A stretch of DNA of 63,969 nucleotides, filler included, from Rhabdomonas costata (GCA_019059605.1; 45 parts of 45 records of this genome joined end to end with filler, not necessarily neighbours in it), one strand, 5' to 3'. Shown: positions 38,401 through 52,416, numbered from the whole stretch's first letter. The notes: a model not told the origin generated them from the letters alone. Numbers and translations are program-made.

Positions 38401-38808
38401 NNNNNNTTAATTAATTAANNNNNNNNNNNNNNNNNNNNNNNNNNNNNNNNNNNNNNNNNNNNTGTGGTGGGGCAGTGAGTTCCTCACACGCTGCGCCAAA
38501 AAATAGGGCGACTGATCTCGATTCATCAAACGCATCCTCTGAAGCTGTTACAGAATTTTGGAAACCCTGCACCGATCGATCGGGAACGCATGCCAAATCT
38601 TTTTCTAAACTACCACCAAAAGCTCGCTTTCAATTGCTTCCAAGGCCCTGGGAAACGTGCCCATGCAAAAATCAAATAAACATAAGCATACCCATAAATT
38701 TTTTTGGGGTAGATGTGATGAATTTGAGGAAGTAAGTGGGCAATTTATTATTGATATTTATGTTCCATCTTTAACCCCGAACTTTTCGAGATACTTTCAA
38801 GATACATA

Positions 38809-38868
38809 AGATGAAGACGAAGATGAAGAGGAAGAGGAAGATGAAGATGAAGAGGAAGAGGAAGATGA
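38809..38868 (+). repeat. (GAN)n acidic-codon-like microsatellite
   Basis: GATGAAGACGAAGATGAAGAGGAAGAGGAAGAT... run. Confidence 0.8.
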
Positions 38869-41662
38869 TTTGTTTTACAGTCAAACAAACCACAAGTCCA
38901 AAAAGGTCAGCACGGCGGCAGGAAGCAGAACGGTTTCAAAACGAACGAGATGTCGGGAGAAATGCACAAGATTAGTGGCTCAGTGAGTATGCTGAGGTGG
39001 GAAACGAGCAGGGGCGGCTAGAGGAAGAAATAGATACGGCTCAGGGCGCTTCATTGCCTTCACAAGTGACATCGCGGCGCGCAACATCTCTCCACCTGCC
39101 CCCCGGAAGCACCCGACGGTGCTGCCGATGCTATCCCCAAAACGGTGCCTTGAATAACACGAACACAGGATGAACAGCAACTGTCAGAAAAATATCTGAG
39201 CAGCGGCAACGAATCCCACTTTACGATCAGCGGGGCGTCATGACAATGGTGAGTTCTCGACTAACGGACAACGTGGAAATTTTTCTTGGGTGACAATCGT
39301 GACTTGCAGTGGAGCGGGTAACAAGCGGTGGAAAGTTTGGCGGACTTTAAAAGAAAATGGCTAAACAACCAAAGACGCAACTCAATTTAGAGCCCTCCAG
39401 TTCTCTCCCTCCAGTTGTGGTAAAACGTTACAACAATGAGTTCTGCTGACGCAATTCCAGAAATATGAGTCAGCAACACTGTTCGCAGCACAGTGCAAAT
39501 CCCACCTGAAATTCCCTCAGTAAAGCCTATGTCTTTCTTAATCCTTTAGCCGCCGAGAATCTGACATTGACACACGCCATAGCTACCGTCAAACACTCCC
39601 AAAAAGCATTGCCTCATCGGCTCCAAAAGGCAAGCTTCCAGTAGCTTCCAGCTTCCAGTCCGTAGGGAGTAGGGGCCCGCTGCCCCTAGGTCGGAACTGT
39701 CTGAGCAGCAAAGGGATCAAGTCCTGAAGTGCTGTTCCGAGGGAGCGCTATCCAAGGCAGCCACCTGCCTCCTCTCCCCACCCCACNNNNNNNNNNNNNN
39801 NNNNNNNNNNNNNNNNNNNNNNNNNNNNNNTTAATTAATTAANNNNNNNNNNNNNNNNNNNNNNNNNNNNNNNNNNNNNNNNNNNNGGGGGTGGGGCGGG
39901 TCTACAGTGTCGACTACGGATGTTCAGCTCTTTGGGGGTTTCGCGCGTGTAAATAACGCCTGTGAATCGAATCGGAGCCATGGACGGCGCAGCAATTCCT
40001 GAGTTCCTTTGCTTCCTGAGTTCCTTTGCATATTTTTTGTTCTGTGTTTTGCTTTCAAAAGCGGCTCTTTGGAGCACCAAAAAGTGAAAAATGGGGGGTC
40101 GTGGGTGGAAAATGGTTTCCCAAATTTGAACGAAATCTCTTCGTTACAGGCGTGCCCAAAAAAATGCCTTTTGGGAAGCACATTTGGCATTCTGCCCACA
40201 CCTAAAAGAATCCTTTAAAAGCCGCACCCCCTCCCCTGCAGCTAACCCGCGCCGCCCCTGATTTTTTTGTCCCCATTTATTGACCCGTAATTGCACTCGT
40301 CGGAGGTCTGGTAAAGGGGCCATGTAAGTTGAGAAAAAGAAAAAGCCCCTTTTGCCTCAAAAAATCATACTGAGGCCTAACAAAAATCACACTGAGGTAA
40401 TTAAAGGCTCAAACTGTGTCTCTTGTGTTCGAGAGGAGGACAACTCACATTTTTGACTCGAACTTCTGACTCGAAGTCTCCTTGATTTTTATTGAAGAAA
40501 GGTAAAGCCGTAAACGTGCTTTTAAGAGGCACTTCCAGTGAAGCAAGAGCTCAAAAAAAGCAATAAAGGAAAAATAAAAATAAAAACACAAAAAAATACG
40601 AGGGAATTACGACATGACAAAATCAATGTCCTTTAATTCGTTTGTACTTGTCTGGCACAGAGCAGCTGCCACAGACACCTGCAGAACCCCCACCAAGGGG
40701 CTGTTTTCATTAACGAACAGCTTATCAATGTCATCCAGGTGCATCACCTGTTGAAGGGCAAGAGAGTAAAGCGAACGCGGTGCTGATTTTCGGAAAGACA
40801 TCTGAACCTGAAAAACCAGCTCCATCCTCAAACCCAGCGAGGGACAACCCCAACCCGACCCAAATGCAACTCAAAAGCAACCCTCTCCAAGGGGAAAGAC
40901 ACGCCCGTTACCAAATCCCACCCCCTCTCTACAAAAACGTTTCCCCTCGTTTCTCTTCTATTCCCTGACGTTCGCTGGACAGTGAACGTCTTAGGAGCAC
41001 CAAAGCTGCTTCCTGGTGGTGGACTTTCCCGTCTTCCCCAGCAATTCCACACTCACACATGCGCAAGCACCGCGATCCGCTTAGCAATCTCCGAGGCAAG
41101 CATATTGTCAGCTAGCTGCTTGGAGTGCGCCAGCTGCAGCTGGCGGGTCTCGGCGCTGAGCGTCCTCCGCACATAAACCACCATCGCGGAGAGCAGTGCC
41201 ACCACCACAANNNNNNNNNNNNNNNNNNNNNNNNNNNNNNNNNNNNNNNNNNNNTTAATTAATTAANNNNNNNNNNNNNNNNNNNNNNNNNNNNNNNNNN
41301 NNNNNNNNNNCTCACATTCGAACCTTGGAAGCCGAAGAGCAGGAGAAGTAGGAAAAGTCCATCGTGTGAGATCTTTACTCACACGGTTGGGTTGAACTCT
41401 AAACCCCTTGGTAAGGTTGGTCGCAGGCACTGAGCAATGGTGAGGCCTACTCTGGTTCATGCTGTCTGCGTCTGTGGGTATTTGGAGAGACCCATATTCT
41501 TGAAACAATGAGCTACCCGGTTGCGGTGTTTCGTTAGCTTAAGTATTAGGTAGGCATTGTCTCCAGAGGCGAATGGGCTCCGTGGGTCACAATCGTTTTC
41601 CCGCTTCGAGGGGAAGCCGCTGGTAATGAATTGGTCTGCGTAATCCGACTTGGCCTTTTCAG

Positions 41663-42467
41663 GACTTCTTTAAGGAGGTCGAGCTTCGCACCAGCCAGCC
41701 CTCCGTCATTCCCGAGGAAGCACTCAGTGTGTACCTGTTCGACTGCGAGGCGAAGTTCCAGAAGCTCCTCGCCGTCTTTGGGGCCGGGGATATCGAAGAG
41801 GCGTACAGCAACGATACCTTCTCGAAGACCTGCTCCGAGATTGACAGGCTGCTCAAAGGCGAGGAGACGATGGCACAGCAGGTGTGCCCATGTGCCAACA
41901 ACGTCTCAGCAGAAAATCGGAGCTGGATCCATCGGAGACATGTCTGACGTTACCCGGAGCAAAGGCCATGTTGTCAAAGCCGGTTCCCCGTTCCTTATGC
42001 GAGGCTAAAGTCTACGCAGTGCGCATACTCTGGCACCAAAGAATACTATTATACGCTAAGTTTTGGTATCGCTCTGTGCCAAACATCGAGATTGCGCGAA
42101 GCGTAGCAAACCGTTTTTGTTTATAGCATCTGATGTGCGACGAGGGCCGGAGAATACGGTCACTAATAGACGTGCATAGTGTCCATTGTCCGACGACCCA
42201 TGTGTTGCACGGCCTTGACGTAGCATTTTCTGCCATGCTGTGCAGGACGTCCATTTGTGGTTTTTGCTGGAAAACATTGTGTGCTTTGTGTGACCTTTTC
42301 AGAAGACGCGATCCATAATTTTTTTTGCTTGCAGCGGAGTCTTGCCATGATGGAGGACGAGGCCCAGCGTGACAAACTTCTGCAGCTTTCAGAGATGCTT
42401 CACGCACTCATTGGAAAGTCCGGGAAGCCGGAATCCGATTCCGATCCGGCTGTTCTTACCATCAGAA
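41663..42467 (+). CDS. Hypothetical protein; exons 41663-41881 and 42335-42467
   Basis: DFFKEVELRTSQPSVIPEEALSVYLFDCEAKFQKLL...ETMAQQ|RSLAMMEDEAQRDKLLQLSEMLHALIG; phase-0 GT-AG intron; GC3-rich. Confidence 0.65.
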
Positions 42468-44309
42468 GTGAGTCTTCATTTGAGTGAGTGAGGGCCGATC
42501 CTTTTTTCTGAAGCTGCTTTCCTTTCCTTTGATTTTTTGTGCAGCACTCCCGGGCCGCGGCATTAGCTTTGATTGGATGCAATGAGAGGCCCTTGTTCTC
42601 TGTTCCCCATTGTTTGCATGAATTCAACCCAAAANNNNNNNNNNNNNNNNNNNNNNNNNNNNNNNNNNNNNNNNNNNNTTAATTAATTAANNNNNNNNNN
42701 NNNNNNNNNNNNNNNNNNNNNNNNNNNNNNNNNNGGGTGGGGGGTTTGGAAGGGCACGAACGCGACGTTATGTGAGGGTTTTCCATTCCAAGTCTTTTTG
42801 GCCTATGCCGTTGTTTGGGGACATGTTGTGTGACAAATCCGGAAAGTTTTCGTGGTGGTGGACTGAGAAGCAGTTAGATATGGGATGCTTCGAAGAGACC
42901 GATGCTTCGAAGAGACCAGTTTTTTTCCGGTGATTCCGTGTTGATCGAATTTTGAATTTTGTAACCGGCTGTTGGTGTAGAAGGGTGGTAAAGGTGGTCC
43001 TTGGATGTGAGATACAATGCTATTGGAGCTGTTACCTCGGCATCGTGTGGGACACCGCCGCTTTGCTTCGGCCAAGCCTGCAGAGAAAGTCACCCATGAA
43101 GCCCTTCCGGCTGGATGCTGCCTGGAACAGCCCGGAAGGAGTCCCCGCAACCGAGGAGGTATAGTGGGCGCCCCACTCTCCGACTGGAGTGGGAGAAGCT
43201 CTGTGCTCCGGGGTTGAGGTCCGCATGTGCCATCAACCTGGGATACCAACCAGACATCGAGCACACACACATGATATCGGAGCTGCGGGAATGCGAACAT
43301 TTGCCGCTTCCTGTTTTTTGCCCAGCCTTTCCTGGCTGCAAGTTGAAGGACAATTAGTTGGGAGGTGCAGGACTGCACGCATTTGCAGCTTCCCCATTGC
43401 TTCCTTAATCAAGACACGGAACACACACATCAGTTTGGAAATCGGGGAATACAAGTATCTTATGCCGCAATCTCCCTTCTCTATCGTGACTTCACAACTT
43501 TCAATGAAAGGACTGACGATGATCGAACGTATGTTTCTGAACTTTTCGGTGTCATTCAGAATTTATTCAGTGTTTCCCACCAGCACCCAACCTGTGTCGC
43601 TCCTTTTTGTGATCTAAGTGTTGGTGTTGCATATCTGGTTTCTCCAGCAATGTTCTGGAAATGCGCTTGTAAGAAGGAAGTTAATTCGCCATGCGGAAGG
43701 TTTTTGCAAATTAGATTGTAAAGTACGATCGCGAGATGGTGGTGCTCGATTTCCACCACATCACCAACATTGGTATCAAAAGGAAGTCACTTTGGTGGGA
43801 GATGATGCGCGCGATTGGAATTGATGTGCACAGTTAGTAAGTCAATTTTTTGAAGGAAAAGCTGCGAATTTTTTTTGGATCCTCGGATTACAACACATCT
43901 TTCGACAATGTGAATCTGTGAGGTCTGGCATTTTTCCCTGCTGTAGAAGGCCGCTGTTGTTGCTACTTGCTTTTTGAGTCGAGTAGCTCATCACCCTGGG
44001 ATTTCCCCACTGAGAGAACCATTGGTTGCTTTCCTCAGTCTTTTCTCCACACCAAAANNNNNNNNNNNNNNNNNNNNNNNNNNNNNNNNNNNNNNNNNNN
44101 NTTAATTAATTAANNNNNNNNNNNNNNNNNNNNNNNNNNNNNNNNNNNNNNNNNNNNGTTTTTGTGGTGGTTGCTCGTTGCCTCACTCAAGCTCGTGGTT
44201 TTTTCAGCGTTCTCTAACCCATGGAAGAAGTATCGGGAACAGTGCAGTGGACTGCATCACAGTTTTTCACCGCGTAGTGAAATACACATTTTTTTCTTCT
44301 TTCAAAAAG

Positions 44310-45426
44310 GCGGATCAGCTGAGGCAGGCCTTGTTGCTGGAGTTCCCTTCCTCTCGGCTGGGATACTTTGACGAGGACTTCCTGGTGTCCATCGTTCAGA
44401 AGAAGAACTTTGTGTTCAAGGAGGCCCTGGAGAAGCTGAAAACGACGGCGAGGTTTGCCTTGAGCTCTGATGATTTGCTGCCGTATGCAGGTCCGTCCTG
44501 GTGAGGGTTGAATGCTTGGTTTGTTTGTATTAATCACTTGTCTTGTACACCTTTCACCTCACCTCGCTCATCCTTCTTCCCTGTCTGCTCCCCAATCCCT
44601 CACACACTCACGCACACCTCTTTTGCACTTTCACGCATTGTTCACCCCTCACCCCGCGAATTCATTGTCTTTTTTTCGTTACATTGCGGGGAATTGGATG
44701 GAAGCCTGCTGCTCTCCGTTTGGTGCAGGTGGAGAGTCAAGCACAACGTCGACATGATCACCGAGGCTGAAGTCTCAGACCACTTGGGGAGTGGGGACAT
44801 CTTTTGGCACGGCTTTGACCGGTGGAACCATCCCGTTCTGTATATCCGCCCAGGCGTCCAGGTGTGTGCCACTGGACCTTTGGTGCCGTCCTGAAAGAGA
44901 GCGCGACACTTTCGGTCTGACGGCATTTCCGTCAAATGTGTCTTGAGTCATTGGGGGGGGGGTATGTCTCGAGCATATTTGGCGAATTAGGTGCATGGAT
45001 TCAGACACTTTCTTCTTGTTAGCGACAACCGCAGAACCGAACGTGTTCCCTCCTGGTTTTTTTGTAGGACCGGTGAAGAGCAGTCATGAGTCAATATTGA
45101 AACCTGCCGCTTTGCCCTCATTCGCAGATTTTTTTAGCGATGCTGATTTCAGAAAAAAAAATTTCACCACAGATTGTTCAATGTGCCTCTTTACTTTCCC
45201 ACATCAGCACTTCCCCGTCCACTCAATTGTGTGCCGTTTTTGGGTTCCACCCAGATCTCGCGTTGCCTTTTGTGCATTGTCTGTTTTCTGCCGAACCCCA
45301 ACCGTTGCAAAACTCATGTGCCTGTGCCGCAGTGCCGTCGTCTTTGAGAGAGTGGTTTTCTTTCAGGACATGGACAAGATCGACAAAGTTGCCACCGTTC
45401 GCGCTGGAGTTTTTCGCATGGAACAG
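44310..45426 (+). CDS. CRAL-TRIO (Sec14-like) lipid-binding protein, partial; exons 44310-44452, 44729-44861, 45367-45426
   Basis: FDEDFLVSIVQKKNFVFKEALEKLKTTAR|WRVKHNVD...GDIFWHGFDRWNHPVLYIRPGVQ|DMD...FRMEQ follows the CRAL-TRIO N-terminal WR and GxDxxGxPVxYxR pattern. Confidence 0.85.
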
Positions 45427-47005
45427 GTTTGGGATGCTCTCGCAGTTTTGTGTTCCCGTCTAATTCTCCTCAACCCAACAANNNNNNNNNNNNNNNNNNN
45501 NNNNNNNNNNNNNNNNNNNNNNNNNTTAATTAATTAANNNNNNNNNNNNNNNNNNNNNNNNNNNNNNNNNNNNNNNNNNNNGGGTGGTCTTTTATTGATA
45601 ACCAGGTGTTCTATGTGGACACGAATAACTGGTTATCAATAAAAGACCATCCAGAGAGTTCCAATGAAGTGAAACGTCCGCCATGCGGAAAACATTCTCG
45701 AAGTAAGAGCCTAAGCGCAGCGCATTAAGCCCTGGTGATCTACTGCCGATCATGAAGCATGGCGTATTAGCACCCATTGTAGAATAGAGATTGAAAACGT
45801 CTGGTGGCAGCTACACTGTTGATGGGTTGACAGCGGCGCAGCACAAAAAGTGGCCGAGATTGACGCAAGATAGTGGTGCGCCAACTTTGTGATACCAATA
45901 GCATTAATAGCATTGGCATGGTGGATACGGATGACACATGGTAAGGCTATTTGGTCAGAGCGCACCGTGCCACACACTTCCTCTGCGCATGGGCTTGCCA
46001 TGCCAGACTCCATTTATTTCAACACCACAAATGCAGTCACGAGGTAGTCTATTCTTCTTCTAATTAAAACGTTTACCACGACCACACATAAAACAGCGGC
46101 ATGTTACTTTCCCAAAAGACAAGTGCACGGAGATCAACACGTAACTGTAGTGTTTTGGTAGTATTTGCTGACAAATCGAATGTATGGTCTGATCCAATTG
46201 ACTTTCATGTGCGCGAACAACCCGCAACCTCTCGGCAAAATACTTTCACCAAGATCCCTCACCTCGCACAACAGGTCAGCTTACGAGGCTCAGGAATCCA
46301 CACAACACTTTGCCTCTTCCATTTACAAATGCATAGGATTGCCGATAGGAGATTGTCAGGCGTTCCCGCTGTGTGATGCATCCTCATCCTTGACTTTCAA
46401 TCATAATTTATTCACGGGTGCACCCCCGGTGTTCTCCAAATGGCCCGTGCATAGTATCACAATTTGCAATTGCATAGCGTAATGCCAAACACCGAAATGT
46501 AAACAAAAGAGCCGATTGGTTCCATGGGGGTATTTGCCAAAAGTATACACATGGTGTGCAGCAGAACGGACATAACTCAGCCACTTCTCAATCAAAGTAT
46601 GATGAAATAAAAACATCAAACCAATGTCCACATAAAGATAAGGAAAGGATTTTCGTAACTATTATGTAAGGACATTTTGTTTGACATTTTAAACCATTGA
46701 ACACCGCAGCATTGTAAGCGGTGGAAGAGAAGACTTAGTTTGTAAACTTTTTCTATTATCACAAAACAAGAGCTAATGACGCGACGCAACACACTTGTTT
46801 TCGATAGGCCAACTGTAGATAACAAGTGTGTTGCGTCGCGTCATTAGCTCTTGTTTTGTGATAATAGAAAAAGTTTACAAACTAAGTCTTCTCTTCCACC
46901 CCAACNNNNNNNNNNNNNNNNNNNNNNNNNNNNNNNNNNNNNNNNNNNNTTAATTAATTAANNNNNNNNNNNNNNNNNNNNNNNNNNNNNNNNNNNNNNN
47001 NNNNN

Positions 47006-48307
47006 GGGGTGGGGTCCTCGTGGGCGGTGAAGCAGTTTCAGGACATGGTGTTCAGCATGGTGAAGGTCAGCCCCTGGATGTTCGCCCTGAACATCTCTGT
47101 GCTCTCGGACATACGAGACGGGTCTGCGTTCCCGTTTGCATTTGCCGCACTTGTGGGAGGTTTTTGTGCGCTTGAAAGGCAAATCCGCCCCGGGCGGGGA
47201 GGCTTGTTGCTTTCGAGTGAAAAAATATATGATATGCAAATTGTGGGAATGGGAAGCTCAGGCCCACCTATTACCACGGGTAGCGTCTCCGAGTACCATG
47301 TTCAAATGTTGGCTCGCTGAAATAAGAAACAAGCTCATTCCACTGCCCCACTGCTGGTGGTTAGCTGCCTGCTCACACTCGAAATGCCCTGGAGAAGTGC
47401 CCTCTAACCAAGCTATTCCAAATCCCTGAAAGAAGTTTCGGACTTTATGTAACAGGGAAACCTGTCATACTCCATTCCCTCCCCCGGATGTTGGAAGAGG
47501 AGCTGTTCCCCCTTGCTCAGAACAGAGATACCAGTGCCCAAACGCTGGCGCGGAGAAGTTTAAAATGCAATGCCACCCGTGCACTCCTGATTCTTGCGTG
47601 GCCTCCTCAGGTGTTGTGTGAAGCAGCAGATGTCTCTCGGGTGGCTCAACGTCAATCTTTTCACCAGACAGCTCGCCCCCAGTTTGTACAGTAATCCACT
47701 GTACGTCAACCCCTACCTCAACGGCACGTTCGCACTGGTTTGCGTGTCCAACACCACTACAGGGAAGCCTGAGCTCTGCCTCGATCAGGGCACCTTCCCT
47801 TACCGCACTCCACTGTACTCCAGAGTGCCTTCCCAGACCACATGTCAGTGGCTGAATACGCTCTCCTTTGCCAAGGTGATTGGCATTCCGGACACATACT
47901 TGTTCTGCTGGGTTCCCTTTGCGGACCGCCAGGCGATGGTGGGGGTGCAAATGGGGGCGCAGGTTTACTCCATCAGCAGCATGCTGCTGTCCCTAGTCCC
48001 GACCTCTGGGGACAGACTGTTTCTGATCTTCCGGACTCCCGAGGGGACGCTTGTGGGGGCGTCGCACGGGAAGTTCTTTTCTCACTCTGACACGGACTAC
48101 ACTCGAAACAACCCGTTCACAAACCCTCCTCCGATAAGCCAGTTCCAGGTTTACACTTCGTTGAACTCGACGGACGTCACGATTCGTTCGGCGGGGTACT
48201 GGGTGCTTGAGCGGTACCAAAGCTGGGCGACGATTCCCGTGTTGGACACGAACGTGGAGCTGGAGACGGGAAACTTTTGGATGGCTTCTCTGACTGTCTC
48301 TTCTCGG
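47006..48307 (+). CDS. Putative extracellular Cache-like sensor domain (receptor cyclase/kinase type), partial; main exon ~47611-48307
   Basis: About 230 codons of open frame ending at GTGAGT; C-terminal GVQMGAQVYSISSMLLSL...DRLFLIFRTPEGTLVGASHG resembles the membrane-proximal dCache subdomain. No catalytic domain in view. Confidence 0.45.
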
Positions 48308-48544
48308 GTGAGTAATTATTTTACCACCCNNNNNNNNNNNNNNNNNNNNNNNNNNNNNNNNNNNNNNNNNNNNTTAATTAATTAANNNNNNNNNNNNNNN
48401 NNNNNNNNNNNNNNNNNNNNNNNNNNNNNGTGGGGTTTCATAAGCGAGACCTCGATTTAATGTCTGTTGTTTTTCACAAGATGGGTTGCCCTCCTTTGTT
48501 TTCTTTTTCGAGTTTTGTCAATGTGTGCTCTCCCATTCTTTTGA

Positions 48545-48922
48545 CCTGAAGGTCCCGCACATAGCGCCGCGCGAAGGACTGCAGGGCCTGCTCGTCGACC
48601 GCGGCGTTCTTCCCGGCCATCTCACGCAGCTTGCGCAGAATCTGCTGCGGCACCCCCAGGCTGACTTCAGAGCACTTGCTCAGAGCCATCTCCATCACGA
48701 CGGTCAGGGGCAACACCACCAGAAAAGGAGCACAATACCGCTGCGCCACAAGGAGAGGGGGGGGGGGGGACGAGGAGGGTAGTTGGGCAATTAGAAAATG
48801 TTCCCTGCCACCACACCGTACCAGTGCGATACAGATCGCCCACTTCGCTCAAGCGTACCTGTTGTACGAGTACGGGGCTCTTGCGGCCTTCCCGAAGAAG
48901 GGCTTTAGAACCGCGGGGGAGG
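48545..48922 (-). CDS. Hypothetical protein; exons ~48922-48858 and 48740-48545
   Basis: LLREGRKSPVLVQQ|RYCAPFLVVLPLTVVMEMALSKC...LQSFARRYVRDLQ; strong GC3 bias on the minus strand; GT-AG. Confidence 0.55.
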
Positions 48923-49892
48923 CTCGGAAAGCGGTGGGTTCCAATTGGGGTGGTGCTCCAGCATCCACTCTTCCAGGCAAAGTGCTTTTGAAGGTGCACA
49001 GCCCTTCGACATCAAGGGTACTGGCCATCGGTTGCTTTGTGAGCGAATGGAAGGGTTTTGCCCAACCCGCTGCTGCAATTGGTCAGCATTCACACCCAAT
49101 TCATCCGCAGCACCCCCCAACGGCTGGTTTCACCCACTGGTGAGATCCAAATCCATGGTTCCACTCTCTGACCCCCCAGGCCAGAAAAAAAGTGACTCCA
49201 CATCACTTCACTCTCACGGCAATCGATCAAAACGAACCTCAAAGGGTTCCACCTCAGTAACACGACATAGCAGAAAGAGCGAAAAGTCGCAACCAGACCT
49301 CGGCAAAACCGCTTCCCAAACTCCGACCCCCCCCCGACTCGCTCGGAATGGCATTCCCACGAATGCACGAACCCACAACAAAAAAGGCGGAAGCGCTGCG
49401 CCTTGTAATACAAACGCTCCGCCAGAAAAAGCACAGACACCCACTCACGGGTGCACAGCCACGGAGAGCTTAAGCAAACGATGGGAAGGTCAGACCAACC
49501 CCATCCGCCTGCCGGCCAGATTCCGCTCAGGCCAGGAAATGCGCAGTGCCAGTTCGACTAGGAAGCCCCCCACTCCTTCTCCTCAAAAGCACGTACACAC
49601 CGGCAGACTATTGCCAGTGGCAGCCATCAGCCATTTGAATGAGGGAGAGGTCGGAGGGTGTTTGGGAGGGAGAGAGGGTGGAGCATCATGGCATCTGCGA
49701 GTCACATACACCCGAAGACACACAATACGCACAAAAGCGTTTCTTTTCGAGGTNNNNNNNNNNNNNNNNNNNNNNNNNNNNNNNNNNNNNNNNNNNNTTA
49801 ATTAATTAANNNNNNNNNNNNNNNNNNNNNNNNNNNNNNNNNNNNNNNNNNNNTTGTGTGGTGGTTTATTGCCTCCGGGGGGGGTTCTTCAG

Positions 49893-50884
49893 ATGTGGCA
49901 AGAGCACTATTCTCCGCCTATTGTTCCGCTTCTACGATGTCCACAAGGGCCAGATCCTCATCGATGGCGTGGACATTACACAGTTCACCACGTCTTCGCT
50001 GCGGGCTCACATCGGCATCGTCCCACAGGACACAGTCCTCTTCAATGGTTTGCCCCCGTATTCCTCGCCAGTTTTTCATTGGGGGGTTTGGGGTGGAGGG
50101 CATGTCTGCAAGGCGTTTTGGTAATTCTGGATTCGAAAGGGGCAAGCGATACAATGGGGAATTCGTTGGCCTTTGCCGATGCGGTCAATGTCAGTGCATT
50201 ATGATTTGGAAGTGGAAGGGGGAGGGCACTTCCACGATAAGGCACCTGACTTTGCCCCCACTTTGCACGGGCTGAATAGTGTCAGCGTCAGGTCAGTACC
50301 TGCAGGGTTGCTCTTTCCAAGCCGCAAAATGGGAGCGTTTCTTCGCAGTGCAGGACCTTTCCTTTTCTTGTGTCAATGGCTTCAGCCCGAAGATAACAAT
50401 GCATTTTTCTCGAAGGGAATTACGTAAGCATTGGTTGAAGTTCTCTTTCTTTTTTGCTTGTTAGTGCAAGCGCTCACCTGCCCAAGGTTTTCCCTGTACC
50501 ATCCATCTGCTTTTGAGTCTATCCAGCAGGGCTCTTGCACAGAGTATCACCATAAAACCTGTAAAAAGGATATTGTTGCGGTGTTCTCGATTGAGTATAG
50601 CGCGCTCATTCACTGTCCTCTTCCGTAAGCGGTGTGTGGGTGATGGCTGTTCATCAGACACGGTGCGGTACAACATTAGTTACGGCAAGCTGAACGCCTC
50701 GGAGCAGGAGGTGCTGGAGGCCGCAGAGTGCGCCGCGCTAGGGCCCTCGCTGCGGACGCAGTTCGCCAAGGGCTTGGACACCCTGGTCGGGGAGCGCGGG
50801 CTGAAGATCAGCGGTGGAGAGAAGCAGCGTGTGGCTCTGGCCCGGGTCTTCCTGAAGCAGCCCAAAATCCTGCTCTGCGACGAG
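49893..50884 (+). CDS. ATM1: ABCB half-transporter nucleotide-binding domain, ATM1/ABCB7-like; exons 49893-50047 and 50658-50884
   Basis: [15 protein letters not shown] (Walker A), [22 protein letters not shown] (Q-loop), [15 protein letters not shown] (signature), ILLCDE (Walker B); GT-AG intron in phase. ABCB6/HMT1 not excluded. Confidence 0.88.
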
Positions 50885-51360
50885 GTGCGCAGGGGGCGCT
50901 CTCAGGGGGATTGCATGTGACCCAACTCGCCGCAAAACCAAGCTTTTATCGACTTTTTTAGCGCAGCACCCCCGAATAGAACGGAACCCTCAACGTGCAA
51001 ACCTATCAGCATGATAAAATGACTGTAGATTTTTTGTTGAGTACTGTATTGAAATGAAGGGAACCTCACTGTTGAAACGCAATCACATCACAAGATGCCT
51101 GGTACTCGACGGGGAAAAAGACAGTTAATATCGCAAGCACGGGCCGAGCACGAAAACACCACNNNNNNNNNNNNNNNNNNNNNNNNNNNNNNNNNNNNNN
51201 NNNNNNTTAATTAATTAANNNNNNNNNNNNNNNNNNNNNNNNNNNNNNNNNNNNNNNNNNNNGTGTTGTGGGGCGACTCAAATAGCAGTTTGGCCTCTCA
51301 GCCACCTGAGCAACCTGCATATGCAGAATGTAGGTCCACCGGGTCCGAGTCCGTGCCTCT

Positions 51361-51902
51361 TTGTGACCTTGAACTTAGGTTACAGGTGACGAGAGGCCAA
51401 ACTGCTATTTGAGTCGCCCCACAAGTCCAGTAGACCCCTTGTTGCCTGCCCACGATGATTCGGTTTTTCCTGCTTTGAACTCTGCAGACTTTGACTGCGT
51501 TTTGAGGGCTACAACTTCGCCCACGGGATATTTTGACCTTTTCGAAGGAAAATGAAGGGCAAGAGGGGAACGAGGCCGCGAAAACGTTACTCAACCCCCC
51601 GTCCCGGCGGAGAAGGGCAATTGCCCTGGGCCCTTACAATGCAACAAAGGCTAAACAAAAGATGAAAAAAGCCTCTTGGAGGGAGACGTCAACCAATAAA
51701 GGGTTCGACCTGCAAATGGGGTGGGCGGCACTCTCCACAGCGGCCCAGCTGTTCTAGGTATGGGTCGGAATGCCGGAGTCGACCCCACCACCACCACCAC
51801 CCCGGTGATAGCGTTTGTATCGCCTTTCAAAAGACCAATTTTCGTCTCCATCGACTTTTTGTGACCTTGAACGTAGGTAACAGTTGACGAGAGACCAAAT
51901 TG
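51361..51902 (+). repeat. ~42-bp diverged direct repeat (51361-51402 and 51859-51900)
   Basis: TTGTGACCTTGAACTTAGGTTACAGGTGACGAGAGGCCAAA vs TTGTGACCTTGAACGTAGGTAACAGTTGACGAGAGACCAAA. Confidence 0.8.
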
Positions 51903-52240
51903 GAACACCGAAGTGGACCAAATTGGTGTGGGGTTTAAAGATCGGTCCACTTCTGTGGGATGTGAGTATGTGTAGGAGTGGCAAATCGAAGCAAATCGAA
52001 GTTGTTTTGTTTTGGGCTGTTTTTCTGAAAGGTCCGATTTTCAGCCATTCTATGTTTTCGCTTTGAATGGCATGGCTTGCGGTGGACGCTCTGGGGCACA
52101 GCTTTTTGTTTATTCGAAGGCATGAGTTTTGCTTGGTGTGCAACCTGTGGGCCCAGATACATCATCTTTTTTTTTTTTTTCGCAACTCTCGGAGTGCAGG
52201 TCAGAGCCTGCTGTTCCTTCTTTTGCTTTTCTTTCTCCAG

Positions 52241-52416
52241 CGTTGACATCCGTTGTTCTGAACGTTGGCAGAAGAACCCCTGCAGAGTTTCTGGCACTTT
52301 TGACAGGGTTGTCTCACCTTCCTCAGTTGAGGTCATTGAGCTTCCTTGACACTTACAACATTTGTGAAGATCTTGCAGACACACTCCGAACTCTTCCTCT
52401 GTTTACGTTCAAGTCA
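52241..52416 (+). CDS. Leucine-rich-repeat-like exon
   Basis: Strong polypyrimidine-CAG acceptor; LLTGLSHLPQLRSLSFLDTYNICEDLADTLRTLP; GTAAGC donor. Confidence 0.5.

Noticed and set aside
45940..45980. CGTVRSDQIALP resembling the piggyBac GTVRxNR motif
   Set aside because: The expected upstream DNxY/FTS motif is absent.
48700..48860. Possible euglenid non-conventional or intermediate intron (CTG at -8 before G-TTG-CCC on the minus strand)
   Set aside because: A conventional polypyrimidine-CAG acceptor at 48741 gives an in-frame join, which is simpler. I found no supportable non-canonical intron.
48945..49805. 286-aa ORF, and similar long low-complexity ORFs at 13372-14154 and 26048-26812
   Set aside because: No motifs and no host-like GC3 bias; probably chance open frames in intronic or intergenic DNA.
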